A stretch of 48,162 bases of DNA, from positions 1 to 48,162 of the forward strand of contig JBALDB010000041.1 of NCBI GenBank assembly GCA_036918135.1, in the 5' to 3' direction. A program made the translations under genes and the position numbers. Position 1 is the first letter of the stretch, and each line of letters starts with the position of its first letter. The notes beneath the pieces are model-generated. The model saw only the letters and a list, made by a program, of their open reading frames with translations, was not told the DNA's origin and did no database searches. Origin of the DNA: Nostoc sp. (GTDB lineage: Bacteria > Cyanobacteriota > Cyanobacteriia > Cyanobacteriales > Nostocaceae). This document shows positions 20,285 through 30,470 of the stretch, in pieces.

Positions 20285-21751
20285 GTGAGCGATGAAAGTG
20301 TTTCAAAACTTGAGGTGGAAGAACCTGTAACCTCTGAAGATGGTAGCTTTGCAAACAAATTAGCTCAAAAACAAACTAGAGCATGGTTGAAGCCATTATT
20401 CTTGGGTACTGGTTTAGGGATAGCGATCGCCTTTGGTAGTATGGCTATATTCAGTCGTATGCCAGCTCGTCAACAAAGCGTAGTCGGGGTTAAAAAAGTA
20501 AACCCAGCAATGACGGTTACCATTGCCACAGTAGAAAAGGCGCGTGTCATTCGTACCCTAAAAACCACTGGTACTGTAGCAGCTCATGATTTAATTCCTG
20601 TGCTACCTCAGACAAACGGTCTACAAATCAAAAGTATCCCCGAAGATATCAAAGAAGGAGCTTTTGTCAAAAAAGGTCAAGTGCTAGCGATATTAGATGA
20701 TTCTGTACTCCAAAACCAAATTAGCCAAGCAAAAGCAGATGTAGAATCAAAACAAGCAGATGTTAATTCGCGACAAGCAGATTTGATATCCAGACAAGCA
20801 GATGTGGTATCAAATCAAGCAATAGTCAAGCAAAAACAAGCAGATTTAGCTCAAGCCAAAGCCAGATTAGAGGAAGCAGCCAAGAATTATCAGCGATATC
20901 AAAAACTTGCCGACTCTGGAACGATTAGTAAGCAAGAACTCGATACTCGTTCCTACGCTGTAAAAACTGCCATAGAAGTTGTGAATCTTGGGCAAGAAAA
21001 TGTGCGTAGTGCCCAAGCCAGCACTAAAAGTGCCCAATCAAACATTGCTAACGCTCAAGCTACCATCAACAAAGCCAAAGCAGATGTCAAAAGTAGTGCT
21101 GCTAGAGTGCAACAACTACAAACTCAGTTGGAACAAACTATAGTGCGTGCGCCGGTTTCTGGAGTCATCGCGGAGAAACTTGCTAGAGTTGGTGATGTCA
21201 CTGGAGTACCGCCACAAACCCAAGTTGGCACTGTGATTGGTGGTACACAAAAGCTATTTTCGATTATTCGGGATGAAAAACTAGAACTTCAGGCGAAAGT
21301 GCCCGAAACCCAACTAATACAAGTAAAAGTTGGTACATCTGTGCAAATTACTTCTGATGCCGATCCGCGCGTGCGAGCGCAAGGACGAGTCAGGGAAATA
21401 CAACCACTAATAAACGACCAAAGACGTGAGGCTATAGTCAAAATTGACTTGCCACCAACAACTTCACTCAGACCAGGGATGTTTGCTCAGGCGGCAATCA
21501 CCACCAACTCAGCCATGAGCATGATAGTACCGCAAAAAGCAGTGCAGTCCCAAACAGACTCCAGTGTAATTGTATTCACCTTATCGGGTGAAGATACAGT
21601 CCGTGCCCAGAAAGTAGAGTTAGGAAATCCTGCTAATGGTGACAAAGTGGAAATTAACAGTGGGTTGCAGTTAGGTGACCGTGTGATAGTTGATGGTGCA
21701 GCGTATCTCAAAGATGGTGACAAAGTGAGGGTTGCAGAAAGTGGGGATTAG
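20285..21751 (+). CDS. RND efflux periplasmic adaptor (membrane fusion protein)
   Basis: N-terminal TM, VKKGQVL, long coiled coil, VRAPVSG, LRPGMF. Confidence 0.92.
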   Translation: MSDESVSKLEVEEPVTSEDGSFANKLAQKQTRAWLKPLFLGTGLGIAIAFGSMAIFSRMPARQQSVVGVKKVNPAMTVTIATVEKARVIRTLKTTGTVAAHDLIPVLPQTNGLQIKSIPEDIKEGAFVKKGQVLAILDDSVLQNQISQAKADVESKQADVNSRQADLISRQADVVSNQAIVKQKQADLAQAKARLEEAAKNYQRYQKLADSGTISKQELDTRSYAVKTAIEVVNLGQENVRSAQASTKSAQSNIANAQATINKAKADVKSSAARVQQLQTQLEQTIVRAPVSGVIAEKLARVGDVTGVPPQTQVGTVIGGTQKLFSIIRDEKLELQAKVPETQLIQVKVGTSVQITSDADPRVRAQGRVREIQPLINDQRREAIVKIDLPPTTSLRPGMFAQAAITTNSAMSMIVPQKAVQSQTDSSVIVFTLSGEDTVRAQKVELGNPANGDKVEINSGLQLGDRVIVDGAAYLKDGDKVRVAESGD

Positions 21752-21818
21752 GGGCAATGGGGAGACAATGACAAATGACAAATGACCAATGACTAATGAC
21801 TAATCTAAAAATTTCCTG

Positions 21819-24800
21819 ATGTCTTTTAATATCTCTGCTTGGTCGATTAAAAAACCTGTTCCGACGATAGTTTTATTTTTAATTTTGACGATATTAGGTT
21901 GGTTTTCCTTCATGTCCTTGGGGATTGATACCAACCCAAATATTGATGTGCCAACAGTTTCAGTAAAAGTCACCCAACCAGGTGCAGGGCCAACGGAACT
22001 CGAATCCCAAGTGACAAAAAAAATTGAAGATGCCGTCGCTGGGTTAGGCAATATTGATTATATGATTTCCACTGTGACCGATGGAAATTCCACTACGACA
22101 ATCAATTTTGTTTTAGGTACAAATAGCGATCGCGCCACTAATGATGTCCGCAATGCGATCGCTCAAATTCGCCAAGACTTACCCCAAGACATCAACGATC
22201 CAATTGTGGAACGCCTGGAATTTTCTGGCGGCCCGATCGTTACTTACGCTGTTAAATCAGACCGCCGTTCCGTAGAAGAATTAAGCAACCTCGTAGACCA
22301 AACCATTAGCCGCGCTTTATTGGGAGTTCCTGGTGTAGCACAAATTCACCGTGTCGGTGGAGTTGACCGAGAAATTCGCGTTAACCTCAATCCAGACCGT
22401 TTACAATCTCTAGGTATCACTGCCACCCAAGTAAACGACCAAATCCGCGCTTTAAATATTAACTTACCTGGCGGACGTGCCGAGGTCGGAGGTAGCGAAC
22501 AAAGTATTCGCACCCTTGGAAGTGCTGCCAATGTCGATATTTTGAAAACCTACGAAATCTTCTTACCAGCAGGCGGTTCTGTACCTTTATCCAGCTTGGG
22601 AACCGTAGAAGATAAATTTGGCGACGTGCGCCAAGCTGCCCATTTAAACAATCAACCCGTAGTCGCTTTTCAAGTGTTACGCAGTACTGGCAGCGTTCTG
22701 GTGACTGTGGAACAAGGAGTAAAAGCAGCAGTCAAACAGCTGGAAAAAACACTTCCCCCAGATGTCAAGCTGGACTTAATTTTTACCAGAGCCGATGTTG
22801 TCCGTCAATCCTACCAAAGCACCATTGATGAATTAATCCAAGCCTCGGTGCTGGCTGTGATAGTTATTTTAGTGTTTTTGCGTAATTGGAAAGCAACATT
22901 AATTACTGCTGTAGCTTTGCCCTTATCAATGATTCCCACCTTTGCAGTGCAGCAGGCTCTTGGTTACACCCTCAATAACATGACTTTGTTGGCATTAGCG
23001 CTGGCGGTGGGCAATTTGGTAGATGATGCCGTGGTGGAAATTGAAAACATGGAACGGCACATGGCTATGGGCAAGTCAGCTTGGGAAGCTGCGTTTGACT
23101 CTTCTGACGAAGTGGGATTGGCGGTAGTTGCAAGTTCAGCGACGATTGTTGCCGTGTTTCTACCCGTTGCTTTTATGGGTGGAATTCCGGGGCAATTTTT
23201 CCAACCATTTGGTGTTACCGTTGCCGTTTCTACAATTTTTTCAACTCTTGTAGCGCGGATGATTACGCCGATGATGGGGGCGTATCTTTTGCAAGAGAAG
23301 CAGGGGAGTAGGGAGCAGGGAGTAGGGAGTGGGGGAGTAATAAGATTCTTTAATTTCAAATTTACACTTCCAGGCAGCACAAAACTTACAACAGTCAAAC
23401 ATCGGGGCTTTCAACCTTATAAATCGCTTCTCCAGTGGGCGTTACGGCATAGATTGACAACAATGGCGATCGCCTTAGCTTTTTTCCTTGCCAGCGTGAT
23501 GCTGGTTCCTTTGATTCCCAAGGGTTTCGTTGATGATGGTGACTTCGGAATTTCTAATGTAACTATAGAACTAGCTCCGGGTTCTACTTTGGCAGATGTT
23601 AACAAAGTAGTAACACAAGCCACTGACCTGATCCGCCAAAATCCAGTAGTTGAAGGCGTACTAGCAACCGAAGAAATAAATTCTGCAACTTTGACTATTA
23701 ATCTCAAACCCAGAGAAGAAAGGAGTATTTCTCAAAAACAGTTTGAGGAACAAGTACGCCCTAAATTTTCGCAAATACCAGGAGCGAGAATTAGTTTTCA
23801 AAGTCAGTCACCAGGTGACAGTCGCAAGGCTTTATCAATTGTCCTCAGAAGTGAAAATCCGCAAGCATTAAATCAAGCTGCTGATGCTTTAGAAAAGCAG
23901 ATGCGAAGCATACCAGGATTAGTAGAAGTTTCCTCAACCGTGAGTTTGGTGAAACCAGAGATTTTAATCATTCCTAACCCACAACGGGCAGCAGATTTAG
24001 GGGTGACAGTGCAAGCAATTGCCCGGACTGCTTCCCTTGGGACTATCGGTGACAATGATGCGAATTTAGCAAAATTTAATTTGAGCGATCGGCAAATCCC
24101 GATTCGGGTGCAAATCGACCCTAAAGCACGGGTTGACATCAACACAATCACAAATCTCCAAGTCCCCAGCCAAAATGGTAAATTAGTTCCCCTGGTAGCA
24201 GTAGCAGATATTCGCTTTGGTAGCGGCCCTGCTACTATCAACCGCTACGACCGCTCCCGTCAAGTTGCTGTAGAAGCAAACTTACAAGGTATTTCTTTAG
24301 GAGAAGCAGTAGAAACAATCAACAAACTACCTGCAATGCAAAACTTGCCACCAGAAGTAGTACAGCAACCCTCAGGCAGCGCCAAAATTATGCAAGACAT
24401 TTTCGGTCGCTTTGGCGGCGCATTGGGCCTAGCTGTTATGTGTATCTATGCAATTCTGGTGCTGCTGTATAACAACTTCCTTCATCCATTATCAATTATG
24501 GCAGCCTTGCCCTTTTGTTTAGGCGGCACATTGGTAGCGTTGATGCTTGCCCAAAAACCCTTGGGAATATATGCCTTAATTGGTGTTGTATTGCTGTTAG
24601 GAATTGTCACCAAAAACTCAATTCTGTTAGTAGACTACACCATCATCAACATGCAAGAAGGCAAAAGCCAACGTCAAGCGCTAGTAGAAGCTGGCGTGTC
24701 ACGTCTGCGCCCGATTCTTATGACTTCCCTAGCAACCATCGCCGGGACTTTGCCCCTAGCATTGGGAATTGGCGTCGGTTCTGAAGTCCGTCAACCAATG

Positions 24801-24947
24801 GGAATTGCCATTATGGGCGGCTTCACAACTTCCACTCTGTTGACACTGGTAGTAGTGCCAGTGATATTTAGCTACATTGACAACTTCCAAAATTGGATTA
24901 TGCATACATTGCGCTATGGTTTTGGTAAGAAACCACCGCACTATTGA
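21819..24947 (+). CDS. RND efflux permease (AcrB/AcrD/AcrF family)
   Basis: 1042 aa; GNLVDDAVVEIEN, KNSILLVD, RLRPILMT. Confidence 0.95.
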   Translation: MSFNISAWSIKKPVPTIVLFLILTILGWFSFMSLGIDTNPNIDVPTVSVKVTQPGAGPTELESQVTKKIEDAVAGLGNIDYMISTVTDGNSTTTINFVLGTNSDRATNDVRNAIAQIRQDLPQDINDPIVERLEFSGGPIVTYAVKSDRRSVEELSNLVDQTISRALLGVPGVAQIHRVGGVDREIRVNLNPDRLQSLGITATQVNDQIRALNINLPGGRAEVGGSEQSIRTLGSAANVDILKTYEIFLPAGGSVPLSSLGTVEDKFGDVRQAAHLNNQPVVAFQVLRSTGSVLVTVEQGVKAAVKQLEKTLPPDVKLDLIFTRADVVRQSYQSTIDELIQASVLAVIVILVFLRNWKATLITAVALPLSMIPTFAVQQALGYTLNNMTLLALALAVGNLVDDAVVEIENMERHMAMGKSAWEAAFDSSDEVGLAVVASSATIVAVFLPVAFMGGIPGQFFQPFGVTVAVSTIFSTLVARMITPMMGAYLLQEKQGSREQGVGSGGVIRFFNFKFTLPGSTKLTTVKHRGFQPYKSLLQWALRHRLTTMAIALAFFLASVMLVPLIPKGFVDDGDFGISNVTIELAPGSTLADVNKVVTQATDLIRQNPVVEGVLATEEINSATLTINLKPREERSISQKQFEEQVRPKFSQIPGARISFQSQSPGDSRKALSIVLRSENPQALNQAADALEKQMRSIPGLVEVSSTVSLVKPEILIIPNPQRAADLGVTVQAIARTASLGTIGDNDANLAKFNLSDRQIPIRVQIDPKARVDINTITNLQVPSQNGKLVPLVAVADIRFGSGPATINRYDRSRQVAVEANLQGISLGEAVETINKLPAMQNLPPEVVQQPSGSAKIMQDIFGRFGGALGLAVMCIYAILVLLYNNFLHPLSIMAALPFCLGGTLVALMLAQKPLGIYALIGVVLLLGIVTKNSILLVDYTIINMQEGKSQRQALVEAGVSRLRPILMTSLATIAGTLPLALGIGVGSEVRQPMGIAIMGGFTTSTLLTLVVVPVIFSYIDNFQNWIMHTLRYGFGKKPPHY

Positions 24948-25051
24948 AGAGTGCTGAGCAATCAGTGAGGAGTTAAGAGTTAGGAGTTAGCAACGCTCAT
25001 ATAACTGGATACAGGTAATTTTGAACTGAATCAATTGAAAAATGGTGATAT

Positions 25052-25735
25052 TTAGCGATTAGCGAGCAATGATTCTTCAGGAATAGTTGATAACATCAGT
25101 GGCGGGCGCAGGCAAAGGTAAGCAAGAGAACCGAGTAAGGGAACAAACACTACTGCTAAAAATACCTGAGCATTAGGGAAACGGCGACGAGCCATATCAT
25201 CACCAACAACAGTAGGAAATAAAAGATAAAATAGCCAAAATGCCAAGCTCATGCCATTGATAAAGCGATCGCTTTGGAATTGCTGCACGTAATCCCCCCA
25301 ATCACCAAAGGCAAAAGCATAGACAAGCAAGACAACTGTGCTTAAAGTCAAAACGATACCATAAATGCGAGAATCCAGCAGATTTAAAAAAGCATCCTTT
25401 TGTCCAGAAAATTGTTGATTGGGTTCACGGAAAGCCAAATATGGCAAAAGGCCAAGTACACCTGAACCTACTGATGCGATGGCAAAAGGCCAAAAAGGAA
25501 TTGATTGCATCCTGCCATCAATAAACAATAAACTACTGTAAATTAATAGCCAAATACCCACTAGATAAAATAAAGAGAGGACAATTGGATTAATAGCAGC
25601 CCACTCAAAAGTAAATATATTTTTCAACAGCGTTAGCGTTTCATCTAAGTGCAGTGGCGGTGCTAACAATAAAATATAGGCGATAAATCCAGTCCACAGT
25701 AACCACAATGTAAATTTAAGATTCATAATCTTCAT
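25052..25735 (-). CDS. Multi-pass membrane protein (DUF2834-like)
   Basis: Several TM helices; LLPYLAFR, DDMARR, YLCLRP motifs. Confidence 0.75.
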   Translation of the reverse strand: MKIMNLKFTLWLLWTGFIAYILLLAPPLHLDETLTLLKNIFTFEWAAINPIVLSLFYLVGIWLLIYSSLLFIDGRMQSIPFWPFAIASVGSGVLGLLPYLAFREPNQQFSGQKDAFLNLLDSRIYGIVLTLSTVVLLVYAFAFGDWGDYVQQFQSDRFINGMSLAFWLFYLLFPTVVGDDMARRRFPNAQVFLAVVFVPLLGSLAYLCLRPPLMLSTIPEESLLANR

Positions 25736-26601
25736 TTGGTTGCATAAAATTCTTTCAAAGACACAATTAATTGAGTATTTAGTATCTGTGAATTGATGCT
25801 AAAAGTTTTATCAGACAGCTAAGATTTAACTAATTACTAATTAAATCCTGGCTGCATTGTAAATTATGAATCCTCTGCTCGTTGTCGCTCAATAGGTAGA
25901 GCTTCTAAAGTTTAAAAAGGTAACATCAGCCCAGCTATCGATTGGAGAATTCCAACTTTTGTGCAGTAAATTATACATACTACTCAAATATAATTCCCGC
26001 TATTTATAGTTTTCAAGCAATGTTGAGAACTTTAGACGTAGCGTACGTTGTCGCCAAGTACTGCACTACCAACAATTTTAGATGCCGTACCCTACATCAA
26101 ATTTATATTTCTTCATATACATTAAATTTTTCTGATTTACTTATTCCTACACCTCTCTTGTGACAAAGTTAACGCAGACGATCCTGTAAAATACTTCGCT
26201 GCAAAAGAAATTTAAGACTTAGATATGGTTAAATCTCTGCCAAAGCCAGCCTCCAATCCACATTTATCCCCTTTCCCTTCACTGACATTAGTGTAGTTAC
26301 CTTAACTTCTGACAAATGAGGTATGGCTAAGTTTTGAGTTAGGATTCCCAAAGAAAGTGAGTATTCCACAGGTTGTCCTTTTTCCATTGAGCAAATTCTA
26401 AATGAGGATTTTTACAGACTGTAGGTTTATGTCTAGAGGATGGACAGGTTGCCCGAAAAGTTCTACAATTTGAACTGATTGCGGTAATTTTACCTATTGC
26501 CCAATCCAGATAACCATAGTAAAGATTTTCTAGTGATTCCGTTTGATTGCGGAAGCACTAAATTAATATAGGAAAGTCTTTGAGTAAAGGGCAGCAAACA
26601 A

Positions 26602-26724
26602 ATGGATGTAAAGCTGATTCTAGCCGGATTAACAGTTATATTTACCGTTTCGTGTCTATTTTTTGGTACGAAAAATGGATTCTATGATTCAGATAACTAT
26701 CACGGTAATGGTTCCGCACATTGA
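26602..26724 (+). CDS. ndhP: NDH-1L complex small subunit NdhP
   Basis: Manual translation MDVKLILAGLTVIFTVSCLFFGTKNGFYDSDNYHGNGSAH (40 aa; one TM plus the characteristic C-terminal motif). Confidence 0.9.
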   Translation: MDVKLILAGLTVIFTVSCLFFGTKNGFYDSDNYHGNGSAH

Positions 26725-27035
26725 GAGAAGTCTGCTGCTGTAGACGCCAAGGCAACTTTCCGTAAAGTAATTTGGCTAAAAGCGTTCATAACTTTCATAC
26801 AAAAAACAAGCCAGAGGCAAAATTCTTTTAGCTCCTAGTCTGATAGCTCTCTGGTTATCCAACTTTTCCAAACTAGTGCAGGTTTGTTGGAGGCGTCCTC
26901 CCTAATCAAAAATCCGTATTCTCAGGGTGTAGGGGCGCAAAATAAAACTTACCCCTAAGTCACAAAACCAAAATTTCTCTAAATTTTTGGCTTTTGGGAC
27001 ATGTCCATGACGATGAGGTTTGAGGGGAGGAGGGC

Positions 27036-28703
27036 ATGAGGGATAATCTGTCGGCATCGTCTGGCGTAGATGCTGGGGAAGTGGGTAGTGAATTAGTATG
27101 TTTGCCCTATAGTGTTCAGCATCACGATGAGGGCATATGTCTATTAGTGAAAATGGGGCCACATCGCATCCTGTTGGACTGTGGCTTGGAAGATATTTCA
27201 TCACTAACCAAGGGGCTTAGCAAGTCGGTACGTGCAGCTAATCCGCCTCTACCAGCAGATTTAGTTTTAATTAGTCATGCCCACCCAGATCACTCTAGAG
27301 GCTTACTAGCACTACATGAAGCTTTTCCGAAGTTACCTATTTATGGTAGTGAAGTAACTAGTAAGTTACTGCCACTGAATTGGCAGAACCAAAACCCTGA
27401 GAATATTTCGCAATTTTGTCATGCTTTGCCGTTGCGATCGCCTGTGGAATTCCAAGAAGGTTTGGTGGCAGAATTATTTCCGGCAGGGCATCTACCAGGG
27501 GCAGTAGCAATTCTCCTCACCTATACCACCCGACAGCGTACTTACAAGCTACTATATACAGGGGATTTTTTCTTATCTAACTCTCGGCTCGTAGAGGGTT
27601 TGCGTTTAGAGGAACTACGGGGTTTAGACTTGGATGTGTTGATCGTTGAAGGCACTTATGGCACATCCCGCCATCCCCATCGTCGTAACCAAGAAAATCA
27701 ATTAGCAGAGCGAATTAATCGGGCGATAGCTGAACATTGTTCGGTAATCCTGCCCACTCCGGCTTTAGGACTAGGTCAAGAACTGTTGATGCTCTTGCGT
27801 TCTCATCACCACTTCACTGGACGAGATTTAGATATCTGGGTAGATGGTGCCGTCGCCACTGGCTGCGACGCGTACCTAGAACTGCTACCCTACTTTCCCC
27901 CATCAGTACAGAACTTTGCCCGCCATCAACCTTTGTTTTGGGACGAACGGGTGCGTCCGCGGGTACGTCGTTTACAACCAGAAGAACGTGCCACTGTTGG
28001 CAAGTCACCGTGTATCGTCCTGACTGACTCTACAGCTGATTTGCGCGAACACTGTCAACCGGATACCGGCCCTTGGTTGATCCTCGTACCGGAAAAAATT
28101 GATATAAAACTTAATAAAAAATATTTAGCTGCTACCACCGTTGAAAGCTATCTCTTAGCTCAACATAGCGATGGCCCTGGTACTACCCAGCTAATTCATA
28201 ATTTGCGACCTCAGCATGTAATTTTTGTCCACGGTTCTCCTGCCTACTTAGCCGACCTCACAAGCTTAGAGGAGTTACAAAACCGCTATCATATACATTC
28301 TCCGGCGGCTGAGACTTTGGTGGAATTGCCGATTGGCGATACATTTTTGCAGCCCGCAGCCCCAGAGACAAATTATGAAGGTGAACTGACGGAATTAGGA
28401 ACAGTAATTACGATTACCCTACCCGATGCAATCACTGCCGATCCTCGTTGGCAACAGTTTGCCGATACTGGTTTAGTGGAGGCTCGTTGGCAAGGGGAAG
28501 AACTAGTATTACGGGGATTGTCTCAAAGAGAACTGCTCAATCAAAATAGCGATCGCTATACATGGACAGATGTAGACTGTTGCGGTACTTGCCGACACCA
28601 AAGGGGGCAGCGGTGTTGGAATCCAGCTTCCCCATTGTATAACTTTAAAGTAACTTTAGAAGGTTACTGTCCTGCTTTTGAGCCGTTAAGTGATAGTCAA
28701 TAG
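27036..28703 (+). CDS. MBL-fold metallo-hydrolase (beta-CASP-like) with C-terminal Cys cluster
   Basis: LLDCG, SHAHPDH, AGHLPG, YTGD, EGTYG, FVHG; tail CCGTC..C..C. Confidence 0.88.
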   Translation: MRDNLSASSGVDAGEVGSELVCLPYSVQHHDEGICLLVKMGPHRILLDCGLEDISSLTKGLSKSVRAANPPLPADLVLISHAHPDHSRGLLALHEAFPKLPIYGSEVTSKLLPLNWQNQNPENISQFCHALPLRSPVEFQEGLVAELFPAGHLPGAVAILLTYTTRQRTYKLLYTGDFFLSNSRLVEGLRLEELRGLDLDVLIVEGTYGTSRHPHRRNQENQLAERINRAIAEHCSVILPTPALGLGQELLMLLRSHHHFTGRDLDIWVDGAVATGCDAYLELLPYFPPSVQNFARHQPLFWDERVRPRVRRLQPEERATVGKSPCIVLTDSTADLREHCQPDTGPWLILVPEKIDIKLNKKYLAATTVESYLLAQHSDGPGTTQLIHNLRPQHVIFVHGSPAYLADLTSLEELQNRYHIHSPAAETLVELPIGDTFLQPAAPETNYEGELTELGTVITITLPDAITADPRWQQFADTGLVEARWQGEELVLRGLSQRELLNQNSDRYTWTDVDCCGTCRHQRGQRCWNPASPLYNFKVTLEGYCPAFEPLSDSQ

Positions 28704-28764
28704 CCAATGGTCATTTGTCTGTTGTCATTTGTACTTTGTTGTTTGCAAATGACTTTTCGGGTGA

Positions 28765-28878
28765 CGCTCCTGCGTCGCTAGCGCTGCGCTAACGCCAGTT
28801 ACTCATGGGGAGCCACTCCGTTGCGGGGTTACCCCCGTTGAAGGAAGTGGCGTGGAAACCCCCAAGACCGCACTGGCT
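28765..28878. repeat. Cluster of nested small dispersed palindromic repeats
   Basis: AGCCACT...AGTGGCGT (28811-28853) sits inside an oppositely oriented AGCCAGT...ACTGGCGT element (28792-28878). Confidence 0.7.
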
Positions 28879-28912
28879 CACCGATGACCGATGACCAATG
28901 ACCAATGACCCT

Positions 28913-29224
28913 TTATTCGGGATTTGAATCAGTATAACGATTGCGGATGCGTTCAGCTTCGGGACAATCCTCTGTCAGAAGAGGTTCCACATTCCCGCGT
29001 GGCACTGAAGCCAATTTTTGGGTTACAGCACCAATGCTCTCGAGGCGAACCATTTCTTCCCAAGAACAAATTTCATCCTCTTCTTCTGTTTCATAGCGTA
29101 GGGTTACTAAATCTCCCTCTATGTCTATGATGCGGGCCCGTTCAATCCAGCGTTGCTGGTCCCGCAAGAAAACACATACCTCCCGCCCGTCGCAACACAG
29201 TTGATAAATCTTGCGGTGTAGCAT
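28913..29224 (-). CDS. Conserved cyanobacterial hypothetical protein (DUF6679-like)
   Basis: 103 aa; MLHRKIYQLC, SWEEMVRLESIGAV. Confidence 0.75.
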   Translation of the reverse strand: MLHRKIYQLCCDGREVCVFLRDQQRWIERARIIDIEGDLVTLRYETEEEDEICSWEEMVRLESIGAVTQKLASVPRGNVEPLLTEDCPEAERIRNRYTDSNPE

Positions 29225-29835
29225 GTACTGCTTCTGCCTTTTTAAACAACGTAGTTAAACCTGTCAAAATCTGGGTTTGACCCCATTACATTACACCTTT
29301 AAGAGGTTAATTTCACGGTTAAGAACATGTACGTCTGATGAACCAATCTCAAGATTTGCTTGTAGTTGTCAGAATCTAGGAAGATTTTGGTTTGTCAGCC
29401 AATGGTTGCTCTATCGATGAACTAAATCTCTTTCGGGCTGATTTTAGGGAATGTCTGCTTCATAGAAGTCAAACAAATCAGGATTTGTTCTCACAAAGTT
29501 AATATTTGCTGGTGAGTGATTTCTACCATTATGTAATAAAGAATACTGAAAAACAAGCGGTGATTGCGGTTGTTTAATTTGCCTACTTGTAATCATTGGC
29601 ATTATTAAGAAGTCCGGGGATTTGGCTTTACTTTTACCCCTGTGTATTTGATCTTAACTCATTCTCTTGCTGACCTTGATGATTTTCAATAACAACACCT
29701 AAAGAGTTTTGAGTTTTCAGGTCTTTGCTTGAGCAAAGTAGAGGAAAATTAGCCAGACATGGAAATCAGGATATGGGCAAGGAACAGGCAGTTGTTGCCA
29801 GAGGAGAAAGACTTACTGCTACTGCTCCCTCATCC

Positions 29836-29932
29836 CCCGGTTGGTGAGCGACTTGCCCTGAGCGTAGTCGTACCCCGTAGGGGAAGTAAGCTAGCAAGAG
29901 CGTCCCGTAGGGAAGGGAGTCGAACCACATCT
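29836..29932 (+). repeat. Composite small dispersed repeat (CCCGGTTGGTGAGCG...AGTCGAACCACATCT) with nested inserts
   Basis: Same ends as the copies at 35912-35990 and 37548-37626. Confidence 0.7.
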
Positions 29933-29955
29933 GGCTCACTCTTGTTGTGTTAGTC

Positions 29956-30174
29956 TTAACAAGATTTATGCGGTAGGGGTAATTCCATTAGCATATTGGA
30001 CGAGGATGCTTCTCGTTTAATTTGACCTGTGCGAACTGCATCGTATAGGGCTGTGAGGGTTGACAAATCCTCTGACTGATAGCATTTTTTAGCCAGCACT
30101 TGATGGAGTAAACCTTCAGATTCAACACTAAGATATCCAGTTTGGAAAGCAGATTCAACAATTGTGCGAATCAT
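29956..30174 (-). CDS. Small hypothetical protein (72 aa)
   Basis: MIRTIVESAFQTGYLS..E...D...L..L..A...G.I.R pattern typical of a small cyanobacterial family. Confidence 0.7.
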   Translation of the reverse strand: MIRTIVESAFQTGYLSVESEGLLHQVLAKKCYQSEDLSTLTALYDAVRTGQIKREASSSNMLMELPLPHKSC

Positions 30175-30282
30175 GTTGATTAAGTCAGAGTGAGCAGTTT
30201 ATTACGTCCAGTGTGGAACATTTCCCTCTGCGGCTAATTGATATGAAACATTAATAACATGCGATCGTAATTACATGTGTAT

Positions 30283-30298
30283 AGTGATTTAGATCACA
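30283..30298. promoter_or_regulatory. CRP-family binding-site candidate
   Basis: AGTGA-TTTAGA-TCACA; 9/10 match to TGTGA-N6-TCACA, about 110 nt upstream of the 72-aa gene. Confidence 0.5.
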
Positions 30299-30470
30299 TG
30301 AATGATTGAAGTTATCAGTTTTTGGTACATCTATCTCTTAAACTACGTATATGAATAATTACAAAAAATTGTTAGCACTCGGAGTGAGAAATCAGGTCAT
30401 TCATTTAGGAATATTAAAATATAGTAAAATTTTTAGATAAGCAGCCAAAATAATAGTCAAATCTAGACAA

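Noticed and set aside
25942..26163. 73-aa ORF upstream of ndhP
   Set aside because: TTG start, no recognisable motif, and composition like AT-rich intergenic DNA.
29759..29953. 64-aa plus-strand ORF
   Set aside because: Made mostly of heptamer tracts and the composite dispersed repeat.
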